Assembly: GCA_964619365.1 (NCBI GenBank)
Contig: CAZUDQ010000006.1
Location: 1 to 64,000, forward strand
DNA: 64,000 nucleotides
Reading direction: 5' to 3'
Source: an uncultured archaeon
GTDB taxonomy: Archaea > Altiarchaeota > Altiarchaeia > JAFGQM01
Shown here: in pieces, positions 39,200-48,566 of the stretch
Layout of the letters: the number at the start of each line of letters is the position of its first letter
Numbering within the stretch: position 1 is the first letter of the stretch
Position numbers and translations under genes: made by a program
The notes under the pieces: model-generated
Database searches by the model: none
Told to the model about the DNA's origin: nothing
What the model saw: the letters and a program-made list of their open reading frames with translations, nothing else

Positions 39200-40960
39200 T
39201 TATTTGGCCTTCCTTACAATCTGTGCAATATTCTTTAGAAGCTCCTCGTCCTCCCCGTTTAAGAACTTTTTGCCTTTGTTTAAAATCTCTTCGTACTGGT
39301 TAAATGTTATGTAAGTAAGGAAGTGATCGCCTTCATCAATGTTTCGGCCGACTGTTGCCCCTTCAATCGAACATGCGACCTCCATTCCCTTTGTTGCTTC
39401 TTCTACCTTCTCTTTTTTTTCCTGTAAGCCCTCTATGCGACCGATTCTTGTCCCATCGGGCTTCATAAGTGGATACCCTGGCCTTACTCTGCCTTTTAGA
39501 ACTGCAATGCCGATAACTGATGGTGATGAGCGCCTAAATGTACAATTTTCAAGATAGCGAATCTCTGCTGGGAACGGGACTGAATCAAAAAGAGCCATTT
39601 CCTGCTCGCGTTTTACATCCTTCATCCATTCACCATAATCCCCAATAATCTTATAGATTACTTTGTCTGCAAGTATGCGCACTTTTGCATTTTTTGCAAA
39701 GTTTTCCATGTCTTCTGGAACCTCTGTATTAAACGCCATGATAAGACCAAACTCGGGGTTCTTTTTCCTGACGGATTCTGCCTCAATCATATCGGTTTTT
39801 GTAACTGCCCCTATATCGGCTTTTCTGACAGGAATTTTTAGTTTCTTTAGCATGCCAAGTATTGCCTCAAGACTGCCTAATGTGTCTGCGCGAACAATTA
39901 TTCCCTCATCATCGTGGTCGAACTTGACAGACTCAAGCTCTGTTGTTATCTTCTCTTTTAGTTCTTTGATTGTTTCAGGACTTGTTACATATACCTGTCC
40001 GCCGGGAAGAGCATCTTCAATATCCGGGGCGACAAGTTTTACGCCTGATGCGGCATGGACTGAAGGTATGTTATCAAAGCGGTCTTTTGGGTCGCGCATC
40101 TCATCAAGGGGTTTTGGTTTAAGGAGCGCCCTCACTTTGCTTACTATGGGGCCGTTTTTACCAGAGATGACAACGGAGTCATTTCTTGATATTGTCCCGT
40201 CATAAAGTATTAAATCCAGACTAAGTCCCAGGCCCTTTGTCTCCTTGACTTCAAGAATGCTCGCCTTGCCAGGTCCTGATACTTCAATCTGCAGGTTCTT
40301 CTCAAGATACTTTTGGGAAAGCCCTGAAAGAAGCATAAGGGCCTCGCCCATGCCTTCCCCTGTTTTGGCTGAAATCGGAATTATTGAAACCTGTTTTGTG
40401 AAATCATCAACTCGGTCGAATCTCTCTGCATACACATTCATTTCAGAAAGCTTTCCGATAAGTTCATAAATCTTTTTGTCAAGTTCTTTCTTTACAAAAT
40501 CCTGTTGTTCCTTAATAGACTTTCCAAAAGAATATTGACCTGTGTTTTTCCATCCCATAAGAAGGTCGCATTTGTTTGCACATATTATAAATGGTGTTTT
40601 GTAGTTCTTAAGAATCTCTAGAGCTTCAATTGTCTGAGGCTTAAATCCATCGCGAATATCAATTACAAGAACGGCCATATCAGCGATACTGCCCCCTCTT
40701 TTCCTTAGATTTGTAAACGCCTCGTGCCCTGGCGTGTCAACAAAAAGGAGACCGGGAATCTTCATAGTAACACCCATTGACTTAAGAAGCGGACCACATA
40801 CCTTTTCTACGGTATCTAATGGGATTTCAGTAGCACCAATGTGCTGGGTTATACCTCCAGCTTCCCTTGCCGCAACAGAGCCTTCCCTGACTTTGTCAAG
40901 AAAACTCGTCTTCCCGTGGTCGACGTGACCCAAGACTGAGATTATCGGCTGGCGTATCAT
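39200..40960 (-). CDS. infB: Translation initiation factor aIF5B (IF2)
   Basis: [40 protein letters not shown]. Confidence 0.96.
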   Translation of the reverse strand: MIRQPIISVLGHVDHGKTSFLDKVREGSVAAREAGGITQHIGATEIPLDTVEKVCGPLLKSMGVTMKIPGLLFVDTPGHEAFTNLRKRGGSIADMAVLVIDIRDGFKPQTIEALEILKNYKTPFIICANKCDLLMGWKNTGQYSFGKSIKEQQDFVKKELDKKIYELIGKLSEMNVYAERFDRVDDFTKQVSIIPISAKTGEGMGEALMLLSGLSQKYLEKNLQIEVSGPGKASILEVKETKGLGLSLDLILYDGTISRNDSVVISGKNGPIVSKVRALLKPKPLDEMRDPKDRFDNIPSVHAASGVKLVAPDIEDALPGGQVYVTSPETIKELKEKITTELESVKFDHDDEGIIVRADTLGSLEAILGMLKKLKIPVRKADIGAVTKTDMIEAESVRKKNPEFGLIMAFNTEVPEDMENFAKNAKVRILADKVIYKIIGDYGEWMKDVKREQEMALFDSVPFPAEIRYLENCTFRRSSPSVIGIAVLKGRVRPGYPLMKPDGTRIGRIEGLQEKKEKVEEATKGMEVACSIEGATVGRNIDEGDHFLTYITFNQYEEILNKGKKFLNGEDEELLKNIAQIVRKAK

Positions 40961-41045
40961 TTTCCTCGCATATTTGAAAGACTCTGCAAAAAAAGTATTA
41001 ATGGGGTATTTTTAGGGACAAAACACTAAACTAAAAAGAAAACGA

Positions 41046-41747
41046 ATGGATAAAGGTAAACTCATAGAACATATGATAAAGGAGGGCGAGCTAAAAAGTA
41101 TCGCTGTCGAAAAGGCATTCATGAATGTTGAGCGAGGGAATTTTATCCCCGATGACCAAAAACTAATGACCTATTTTGATGTTCCCCTCTCAATATCATG
41201 CGGACAGACAATATCCGCACCATCTGCAATAGCAAAAATGCTTGAACTTGCCGAACTAAAAAAGGGATTAAAGGTTCTTGAGATTGGGACTGGCTCAGGT
41301 TATAATACTGCGCTCATCTGTGAGATTATCGGCGAGGAAAATGTAACAACTATAGAGCGTTACCCCGACCTTGCAAAATTCGCAAAAGAAAACCTAAGGA
41401 AAAACGGTTATTCCAAAATAGAAATCATTTGCGGGGACGGTAGCTTAGGATTTCCAGATAACGCCCCTTATGACCGGATAATTTCAACAGCGGCCTCACC
41501 TCAGATACCGTTCACCTGGATAGATCAAATAAAGAACATGGGACTTATCATCGCCCCGATAGGTGGCCATCACCTTTACCAAGAACTAATGACCGCAAGA
41601 AAAAGCAGTAACGGGAAAATCAATAAGCTATCGCATGGCTCATGTGTCTTTGTGCCACTAATCGGTGATTTGGGTTTTCCTGAGTACTCAGAAAATCTAC
41701 ATCCAAAAGGCTCCGGTGAGGAGAAGATAGAGGATAAAGATAAGTAA
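41046..41747 (+). CDS. pcm: Protein-L-isoaspartate O-methyltransferase
   Basis: GQTISAP, VLEIGTGSGY, APYDRI, FVPL. Confidence 0.93.
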   Translation: MDKGKLIEHMIKEGELKSIAVEKAFMNVERGNFIPDDQKLMTYFDVPLSISCGQTISAPSAIAKMLELAELKKGLKVLEIGTGSGYNTALICEIIGEENVTTIERYPDLAKFAKENLRKNGYSKIEIICGDGSLGFPDNAPYDRIISTAASPQIPFTWIDQIKNMGLIIAPIGGHHLYQELMTARKSSNGKINKLSHGSCVFVPLIGDLGFPEYSENLHPKGSGEEKIEDKDK

Positions 41748-41855
41748 GAAACCCATAATCGTTATTGCGGCAACACGTGGCGAGAACTCATGCTTTATCT
41801 CTTCTTCAAATGAGTCGTCATTGATTACTACTTCTTTCTTTTTTGTTCTTGCCAT
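41697..41855 (-). CDS. Small membrane protein (52 aa; below the ORF-track cutoff)
   Basis: MARTKKKEVVINDDSFEEEIKHEFSPRVAAITIMGFLLIFILYLLLTGAFWM; AAAAATG start; C-terminal TM helix; overlaps the pcm 3' end. Confidence 0.55.
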   Translation of the reverse strand: MARTKKKEVVINDDSFEEEIKHEFSPRVAAITIMGFLLIFILYLLLTGAFWM

Positions 41856-41873
41856 TTTTCCTTTAGATTTGAG

Positions 41874-42431
41874 TTATAATATCTCTGTTGCGCATCGCCA
41901 TGCCGCAAAATGTGCGTCGCGGGGACATTTGCCATTGCCAACGGCTATTGCGTCACCTTCTTCTGGTTTAAATATTGAGTCTATTAACTTAAAATCTCGT
42001 AATGAGTTTTGGGAAAGACTAAGCTTGCCTTCATTTGGGGCAAGTAAATCCCCATTTTCAAAAGTCAAAAAGATTGCTGAATTTTGCTTTCTTTCGGTAA
42101 GTTTTGAGGCTTTTTTCGCAGCACCTTTTATAGATATTGCATAAGCAAAATTCCCTTCACAAAAATCTAGCTTGACATCCTTGCAACGAAGAAGTTTTTT
42201 CATCCGAGCATATGTCTTTTTACCGCGGGAGTTAAGCTTCCTCCCTTCGGGACAAGACTCAACGAGATTCAGCTCTGCAAGCCTTTGAAGTATCGTTCGT
42301 ATGCTGCCTTCGCCAAGTCCTGTTTCAACAACAAGTGCCTTTCGTCCTATCGGCTCCTTTCTTGAGATTATGTAAAAGACCCAGTTGATATGCGCTTCAC
42401 AAAACCGCTCGGGTGCTCCTGCTTTTGCCAT
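41874..42431 (-). CDS. Archaeal wHTH protein (DUF2111/DUF4443-like)
   Basis: PIGRK.L....GLGEGSIRTIL..L....LV....G..L...G. Confidence 0.7.
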   Translation of the reverse strand: MAKAGAPERFCEAHINWVFYIISRKEPIGRKALVVETGLGEGSIRTILQRLAELNLVESCPEGRKLNSRGKKTYARMKKLLRCKDVKLDFCEGNFAYAISIKGAAKKASKLTERKQNSAIFLTFENGDLLAPNEGKLSLSQNSLRDFKLIDSIFKPEEGDAIAVGNGKCPRDAHFAAWRCATEIL

Positions 42432-42495
42432 TTAACTAGTTACAAATATATTTAGTTCTTCTTTTTGCGGCAAAGTAAAGTAAAAGGAAATAGGA

Positions 42496-42535
42496 TTTTT
42501 GCGCGAAGGAAACTCCTGATTTCCGCGCGCAAAAA
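42496..42535 (-). terminator. Hairpin downstream of glnA
   Basis: TTTTTGCGCG..GGAAA-loop-TTTCC.CGCGCAAAAA. Confidence 0.6.
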
Positions 42536-42556
42536 ACTAGTCAAAAATAAGAAGTC

Positions 42557-43906
42557 TTAGTACTTCTCAAGGTATGTGTTTACTTCCCAGTCTGTTACTG
42601 CAAGACGGAAAGACTCCCACTCCGCATTCTTTGCAGCCAAATACTGCTCGAATGAATGTTCACCCAAGCATTCCCTCATAAGACTACTGCCTGAAAGCTC
42701 ATCTATAGCATCACCAAGTGAGGCGGGAAGTGTGTTTATACCCATTGCGACTAAGTCTGATGGGGTCTTTTCATACATATCGTCTTCAATTGGTGTTGGC
42801 GCATCAAGACCTTCTTTTATCCCTGCAAGACCAGCTTTTAGCATTACAGCAAAAGCAAGATATGGGTTTGCTGTCGGGTCTGGACAGCGAAGTTCACAAC
42901 GAGTGGCTTTCTCCCTACCGACAGAGTATCTTGGAACCCTGATAAGAGCGCTTCTATTCTTCTGTCCCCAACAGAGGTAAACCGGCGCCTCATAACCTGG
43001 AACAAGCCTTTTATAAGAATTTACTGTGGGTGCAAGTATTGCAGACATCTCCTTAACATACTTTAGTTGGCCTGCAACAAATTTTCTTGCAATATCTGAA
43101 AGCTTCATTGGGTCGTTTGCATCAAAGAAAACATTCTCGCCATCTTTATTAAAGAAACTCTGGTGTACGTGCATCCCAGAACCGTTTATTCTGCCAATCG
43201 GTTTTGGCATGAATGTCGCATAAGTGCCATGCATCGTTGCAATCGCCTTAAAGGCGTATTTCATAGTAAGGGTGTTATCTGCCTGTGTTAAAGCAGGACC
43301 ATACCTGAAGTCTATTTCATGTTGACCTTCTGCAACTTCGTGGTGGCTCATCTCAACAGTGACCCCCATTTGTTCAACAGCATTTATCATGTCACGGCGA
43401 ACGCCATATGCAAGATCCATTGAAAGGTCAAAATAACCTCCATTGTCATGAGGTGCTTGAACAATTTTACCGTCTGCATCTCGTGCAAATAAGAAGAATT
43501 CAAGCTCTGGTCCAACATTATATGTAAGACCCATCTCTTCAGCCTCTTTCATAACTTTCTTTAATATGTATCGTGGGTCGCCTTCAAAGGGCTTGCCATC
43601 AGGCATATATACGTCACAAATAAGGCGCGCAGAATTTCCTGATTCTGAAATTTTCCATGGAATTACACTATAAGTACTAGGGTCTGGCTTAAGGTACATG
43701 TCGCTCTCACAGATTCTTGTAAATCCTTCAATTGAAGAGCCGTCAAACCATGTTCCTTTCTCCAATGATTCTGCAAGATGGGTTGCGGGGATAGTCACAC
43801 TCTTGACAGTTCCAAAAAGATCTGTAAACTGCAAATCCACAAACTTTACGTTATCATTCCTTGTTTTTTCTAATACGGCTTGCGCCTCTGCACTTAAGCT
43901 ATCCAT
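42557..43906 (-). CDS. glnA: Glutamine synthetase type I
   Basis: FDGSSIEGF, GPELEFF, HHEVA.GQHEI, NGSGMHVH, NSYKRLVPGYEAP, ELRCPDP. Confidence 0.97.
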   Translation of the reverse strand: MDSLSAEAQAVLEKTRNDNVKFVDLQFTDLFGTVKSVTIPATHLAESLEKGTWFDGSSIEGFTRICESDMYLKPDPSTYSVIPWKISESGNSARLICDVYMPDGKPFEGDPRYILKKVMKEAEEMGLTYNVGPELEFFLFARDADGKIVQAPHDNGGYFDLSMDLAYGVRRDMINAVEQMGVTVEMSHHEVAEGQHEIDFRYGPALTQADNTLTMKYAFKAIATMHGTYATFMPKPIGRINGSGMHVHQSFFNKDGENVFFDANDPMKLSDIARKFVAGQLKYVKEMSAILAPTVNSYKRLVPGYEAPVYLCWGQKNRSALIRVPRYSVGREKATRCELRCPDPTANPYLAFAVMLKAGLAGIKEGLDAPTPIEDDMYEKTPSDLVAMGINTLPASLGDAIDELSGSSLMRECLGEHSFEQYLAAKNAEWESFRLAVTDWEVNTYLEKY

Positions 43907-43990
43907 TTTATTAAAAAATCTTTATTTTTATTCCCAAGAGGGTAAACTTACCGCTATATTAGTAGTGTAACAAATAAAAAGGTTTCGTTT

Positions 43991-44039
43991 TTTTGAACAT
44001 CATTTCAAAATAGATAGACAATATTGAGAATATCCTCAA
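43991..44039. promoter_or_regulatory. Two TTGAR-N6-YTCAA palindromes between glnA and lrp
   Basis: TTTTGAA-CATCAT-TTCAAAA (43991-44010) and TTGAG-AATATC-CTCAA (44024-44039). Confidence 0.55.
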
Positions 44040-44040
44040 A

Positions 44041-44493
44041 ATGGGCACAAAAATAGAGAATCTGGACCTAAAGATCCTAAAGGAGCTTCAACGAGACGGG
44101 CGCGTGAGCTTTCGTGACATAGCAGAAAAGCTGGGTGTTGCTGAAGGAACCATATACAACCACGTCTCAAAGCTTGAAGAGAAAGGAATCATAAAACGGT
44201 TTATGGCTGATATAGATTTTACTAAACTTGGTTATGATCTCATTGTCGCAATAGGTGTCATGGTTGAGGGTGGAAGCCTGCCCCAGATTGAAGAGAATAT
44301 CGGAAAATCGCCAAATGTCACTGCAGTATATGATGTTACAGGAGAGTATGATGCGATTGTCATAGCACGCTTCTCTGAACGCTCAGAACTTAATGATTTT
44401 GTAAAGGGTCTTCTTTCGATTGCCGGAGTCAAAAGGACTAATACCATGATGATTCTTAATGTCATGAAAGATACACACGGCGTCGAACTTTAA
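44041..44493 (+). CDS. Lrp/AsnC-family regulator
   Basis: LD.KIL..LQ.DGR.SF..IA..LGV, VYDVTGEYD, GV.RT.T. Confidence 0.93.
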   Translation: MGTKIENLDLKILKELQRDGRVSFRDIAEKLGVAEGTIYNHVSKLEEKGIIKRFMADIDFTKLGYDLIVAIGVMVEGGSLPQIEENIGKSPNVTAVYDVTGEYDAIVIARFSERSELNDFVKGLLSIAGVKRTNTMMILNVMKDTHGVEL

Positions 44494-44542
44494 AGATAAA
44501 AAAATTGGGTGACAAAGATTTGTTGCGCACCCTTTTAATAAA

Positions 44543-44737
44543 TTATTTCTTGGATTTTGTCTTCTTTGCGGGTGCTGCTGGAACTGCCTTCTTTTTTACT
44601 CCCATAAATGTCAGGAGTCCAAGACACCACGCAGCTGCAAGCGCGTTAATGATATTAAGTGCGCCAGACACTCCAGTCGAGGGATTTGCAAATCCGCCAG
44701 CTGCAAGAAGCGCGGGGGCTCGCGTGAATTCGAGTCG
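44543..44737 (-). pseudogene. Start-less 3' fragment of a membrane protein gene
   Basis: Open frame ...ALLAAGGFANPSTGVSGALNIINALAAAWCLGLLTFMGVKKKAVPAAPAKKTKSKK*, bounded upstream by an in-frame TGA; no ATG before the hydrophobic segment. Confidence 0.4.
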
Positions 44738-44874
44738 TCAGAGAAAACTGGTGAGCAAAAAAGGAAAAAACGTTAGATTGTTTATTTTGCTTGGTTTTGG
44801 AAGCCTTTTTGGCTTCCTCTTTTTTCTTTTTACTTTTATTTTGTTACTCTTTCTAAACTTTCAGATTAATCAAT

Positions 44875-45672
44875 ATGGAAATTGATATTTTTGAGGTATT
44901 TGCTGCGATATCTGAAAATCCGCCTTTGGTGCATCACATAACAAACTGGGTGACGATTTATGACTGCGCGCAAATCTGCCGCTGCGCAGGCGCACTTCCA
45001 GTTATGGCTCACGCAAAAGAAGAAGCAGGGGACATGACAAACGTTGCAAACGCAATTGTTCTTAACATTGGAACGCTTACCCCGGAGCTTGTTGATGCCA
45101 TGATACTTGCAGGAGAAGTTGCAAACAAAAATGGCATCCCTGTTGTTCTTGATGCAGTCGGTGCGGGCGCAACGCCATTAAGGACAGATTCCTGCAGAAA
45201 GATTCTTGATAAAATTAAGGTGGATGTAATTAAGGGTAATCTTGGTGAAATCGCAACACTTAGCGGTCTTGGTGGAAAAGTAAGGGGTGTTGAGAGTGTG
45301 GGTGCTGATGCGAAGGGAACTACAATTGCAGAATCGCTTGCAAAAAAGGAAAATGCCACCGTAGTCATAACAGGGGGGGTGGATGTAATCTCTGATGGAA
45401 AAAGAACTTTTGAAGTTGCTAATGGAACTCCTATGATGTCAAAAGTCGTTGGTACTGGATGCATGGCAGGAACCCTTATCGGAGCATTTTGTGCTGTTGA
45501 AAAAGACTACACGAAAGCTGCAACTTGCGCTCTTTCATGTTATGGTATCGCAGGAGAACTCGCAGCAAGAAAAAGCTCGTCTCCCATGGAATTTAAAACA
45601 CAGCTTTTTGACTCGCTTTTTTCACTTAACAAAGATTGTGGTATTGAGCCAAAAATAAAACAGGTCAGATGA
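44875..45672 (+). CDS. thiM: Hydroxyethylthiazole kinase
   Basis: PLVHHITNWV, GALPVMA, LNIGTL, KGN.GEI, VGTGC. Confidence 0.95.
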   Translation: MEIDIFEVFAAISENPPLVHHITNWVTIYDCAQICRCAGALPVMAHAKEEAGDMTNVANAIVLNIGTLTPELVDAMILAGEVANKNGIPVVLDAVGAGATPLRTDSCRKILDKIKVDVIKGNLGEIATLSGLGGKVRGVESVGADAKGTTIAESLAKKENATVVITGGVDVISDGKRTFEVANGTPMMSKVVGTGCMAGTLIGAFCAVEKDYTKAATCALSCYGIAGELAARKSSSPMEFKTQLFDSLFSLNKDCGIEPKIKQVR

Positions 45673-46292
45673 AAAAAATAGCTGGATTTTATTTTATAAC
45701 GGACTCGGAATTGAGTAAAACCGGCATTGAAAATGACGTTAGGGGCGCAATAGATGGCGGAGCATCTTGTGTCCAATACCGTGAGAAGAATAAGCCATAT
45801 AACGAAATGCTTAAGGAAGTCCTTGTCCTAAAAGAAATCTGCAGGGGTAAAGTTCCCTTGATTATAAATGACAACCTTTCCCTCGCAAAAGAAACTGATG
45901 TGGATGGAATTCACCTTGGGCAAGATGACAACGATATCTATCATGCACGAAAAGCGCTCGACGATGACAAAATAATTGGCATCAGCACCCACTCTGTAAA
46001 AGAGGCTTTGGCGGCAGAAAAAGCTGGGGCAAATTACATCGGTTTTGGCCCTGTGTTTCAAACTTCAACAAAAGCTGATGCGGGAACTCCGTTAGGACTT
46101 GGCGCACTACGGGAAGTTTGCGAGGCTGTAAATATCCCGGTTGCTGCAATTGGCGGGATAAATCCTGACAACGCAGAATCTGTTATAATCACGGGAGCAG
46201 ACTGCCTTTGTGCAATCTCTGCAAGTATTGGCAATGACACAAAACTCCGCGTAATAAACCTAGTTCGTCTCTTTTATCCAAAGAGAAGATAA
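45669..46292 (+). CDS. thiE: Thiamine-phosphate synthase
   Basis: VQYREK, IIND, GIHLGQDD, GPVF.TSTK, AIGGI. Confidence 0.95.
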   Translation: MKKIAGFYFITDSELSKTGIENDVRGAIDGGASCVQYREKNKPYNEMLKEVLVLKEICRGKVPLIINDNLSLAKETDVDGIHLGQDDNDIYHARKALDDDKIIGISTHSVKEALAAEKAGANYIGFGPVFQTSTKADAGTPLGLGALREVCEAVNIPVAAIGGINPDNAESVIITGADCLCAISASIGNDTKLRVINLVRLFYPKRR

Positions 46293-46304
46293 TTTCATAA
46301 AGAA

Positions 46305-46496
46305 ATGGCACGTGTAGTTGACGAGACTTTTGAGGCGCTTTTTGCGATAACCGATATCAGGCAGCTCCTTAGGGAGACAAAACCAGATTACTCCTTAAAC
46401 AAGGAGCAAATGGCTCTTTTAGAGAAAAAACTTGAACGCGCAAGAGTGGCTCTTGAAAGAATCGAAGAGGACTTTAGGGAGACAAGTAAGAAATGA
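46305..46496 (+). CDS. Small helical protein preceding SepCysS (SepCysSn-like)
   Basis: 63 aa, FEALF....IR..LRET.P helical pattern; overlaps the pscS start (ATGA). Confidence 0.65.
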   Translation: MARVVDETFEALFAITDIRQLLRETKPDYSLNKEQMALLEKKLERARVALERIEEDFRETSKK

Positions 46497-47671
46497 ACCC
46501 GATAGGCACACTTCCCGTAAGAGAACGGGAAGAGGAAGCCATAAATCTTCAGCCGATTCAGGCGGCAGGAAGACTCACATCCGATGCCATGAAAGCACTC
46601 ATTGCTTATGGTGACGGATATTCTGCATGTGACTTGTGCCTTAAGCCGTTTCGTCTTGATACTATTAAAAAACCTGATATCGCTCAGTTCCACACCGATG
46701 TAGCAGACTGGTTGGGCGTCGACCAGATAAGAATAATGCCTGGAGCGCGCAGGGCTTTTCAGGCAGTATGTTTAAGCCTCCTTTCAAAAGGGGACACCGC
46801 ACTTATTACCCAGTTTGGGCATTACACAATAGGTCTTTCAGTTGAGCAGGCAGGAGCCACCTGGCGCGAGATACCTGCTGATGAAACAAATCACATCACG
46901 CCTGATGCTACAGCAGAGAAAATAGAGCTTGTAAAAAAGGAGACTGGTTCCGTCCCAAAGCTCATAAACGTTGCGCATTTTGACTACCAACTGGCTAACG
47001 AACATGATATAAAAGGGATCATCAAGGTCGCTCACGAATACGATGTTCCAGTACTTTATAATGGTGCTTACACAATTGGTGTCATGCCAGTAAACCACAA
47101 GGATTTTGGCGCGGATTTCTATGTCGCCTCAGGCCACAAGTCTATGGCGGCTCCAGCCCCAACTGGCGTTCTTGGAATGAATGATGAATGGGCAGAAAAA
47201 GTCTTTAGGACGACTGACGCGACCGGGGACGTTACCGGACGAAAGTTTGGAGTAAAGGAAGTCCAGCTTTTAGGCTGCACAGTCATGGGCGGCCCGCTTT
47301 TTGCTATGATGGCGTCTTTCCCCCACGTCAAGGAACGTGTTAAACACTGGGACACTGAACTTGAAAACGCTCGCTGGTTTGTTGACCAAATGTTAAAAAT
47401 TGAAGGGACTTCAGTTGTTTCTGAGATGCCAAGAAAGCACACGATAACAAAGATAAAGACTGACGGCTTTAACAAGATTGCAGATACGCACAAGAAAAGG
47501 GGGTTTTTCCTGACTAAAGCACTCTCATCGCGTAAGATAACGGGGCCGTTTCCCGGCGCAACGCGCGAGTGGAAGTTCTCAACTTACGGCCTAACACGAA
47601 AACAGGTAGAATACACCGCTAACGCGTTTAAGGAAATTGCTCTTGAGAACGGGCTTAATGTTTCTGACTAA
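46493..47671 (+). CDS. pscS: O-phosphoseryl-tRNA:Cys-tRNA synthase (SepCysS)
   Basis: NLQPIQAAGRL, GDGYS.CD.C, GARRAF, PLP lysine SGHKSMA, LLGCT, K.STYG. Confidence 0.93.
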   Translation: MNPIGTLPVREREEEAINLQPIQAAGRLTSDAMKALIAYGDGYSACDLCLKPFRLDTIKKPDIAQFHTDVADWLGVDQIRIMPGARRAFQAVCLSLLSKGDTALITQFGHYTIGLSVEQAGATWREIPADETNHITPDATAEKIELVKKETGSVPKLINVAHFDYQLANEHDIKGIIKVAHEYDVPVLYNGAYTIGVMPVNHKDFGADFYVASGHKSMAAPAPTGVLGMNDEWAEKVFRTTDATGDVTGRKFGVKEVQLLGCTVMGGPLFAMMASFPHVKERVKHWDTELENARWFVDQMLKIEGTSVVSEMPRKHTITKIKTDGFNKIADTHKKRGFFLTKALSSRKITGPFPGATREWKFSTYGLTRKQVEYTANAFKEIALENGLNVSD

Positions 47672-47687
47672 ATTTTTAGGAAAGAGC

Positions 47688-48461
47688 TTACTTTTTATGT
47701 TGCCGTCTTTTTGCTTTTCTCTCAGCAGAAATCTTTTTTAGCTTCTTTGCTTTACCGCCGTCTTTCCTTAGGGTTTTTCTGAGTTTAGCACCCTTTGCAC
47801 GCCAGACTATGACATTTTCCAGATTTGCCGCTTCATCGTGGGCCAGCTTTTCTGTATGGACAACGGAGCGCTTGATTGCTTCGTATTTACGTACGTCCTG
47901 TAAGGTTCGCGGGTTCTGTTCTTTAAAGCTTTGAGACTCTTTTGCCTTGGCTATTTTTGCATCTAACCAGTCGGCATGCGATTGATTTCCTCTAGATTGG
48001 TTTGCTTGATGTTTTTGAAGTCTGCGCAATTCTTTTAAGGGGACTCCGTCCACTTCGGTTTTTGGACCGATTCCTAATTCTTTTGCAGGCTTAAACTTTT
48101 TTGGGTTTCTTTGGCGTTTTCTCTCGGCAGAAATATTTTTTAATTTCTCGGCCTTTTTACCTCCAGCCTTCAGATCTGCACGCAATTTGCTTGCTCTTGT
48201 GCGCCAAACCCTGACCTGGCCGACAACTTCATTTAATGCTCCAGCTTCATTTCTGGCCCCCCTGGCAAGTCTGTTCGCATCCCTTGCAAGTGATGTATTC
48301 TCCCGGTAGTTCCCAACTCCTGCCGCCAGTTCATAATTCAAACCCTTTTGTTGATGTTTTTGTGCTTCTTTTCTTTTGGACTTGATTAAGCGATGTATTT
48401 GCTTAACTGAGATATCGGTGATATCTATTTCTGGGCCAAGGTTTGGTTTTTTGCTAGGCAT
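47688..48461 (-). CDS. Basic WRTRG-motif paralog 1 (two motif copies)
   Basis: VWRTRASKLRADLKAGG..KLKNISAERK and VWRAKGAKLRKTLRKDGG..KLKKISAERK; start set at MPSKK. Confidence 0.75.
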   Translation of the reverse strand: MPSKKPNLGPEIDITDISVKQIHRLIKSKRKEAQKHQQKGLNYELAAGVGNYRENTSLARDANRLARGARNEAGALNEVVGQVRVWRTRASKLRADLKAGGKKAEKLKNISAERKRQRNPKKFKPAKELGIGPKTEVDGVPLKELRRLQKHQANQSRGNQSHADWLDAKIAKAKESQSFKEQNPRTLQDVRKYEAIKRSVVHTEKLAHDEAANLENVIVWRAKGAKLRKTLRKDGGKAKKLKKISAERKAKRRQHKK

Positions 48462-48566
48462 CTTAATTGCTGAAAAGTTGTATATGATAATTAATTTCAA
48501 AAGAATAAAAACACTAAAGGTAAAACGCTCGCTCTTGATTTATTATTAATGAAAAGTAAGAAAATC

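Noticed and set aside
44711-44760. TPP riboswitch upstream of thiM
   Set aside because: GGGG-stem-CAGAGA is superficially similar, but CUGAGA, the P2 partner strand and the ACCUGAU/P4-P5 elements are absent.
44505-44885. 126-aa + strand ORF
   Set aside because: TTG start and low-complexity T-rich end; the antisense frame looks more protein-like.
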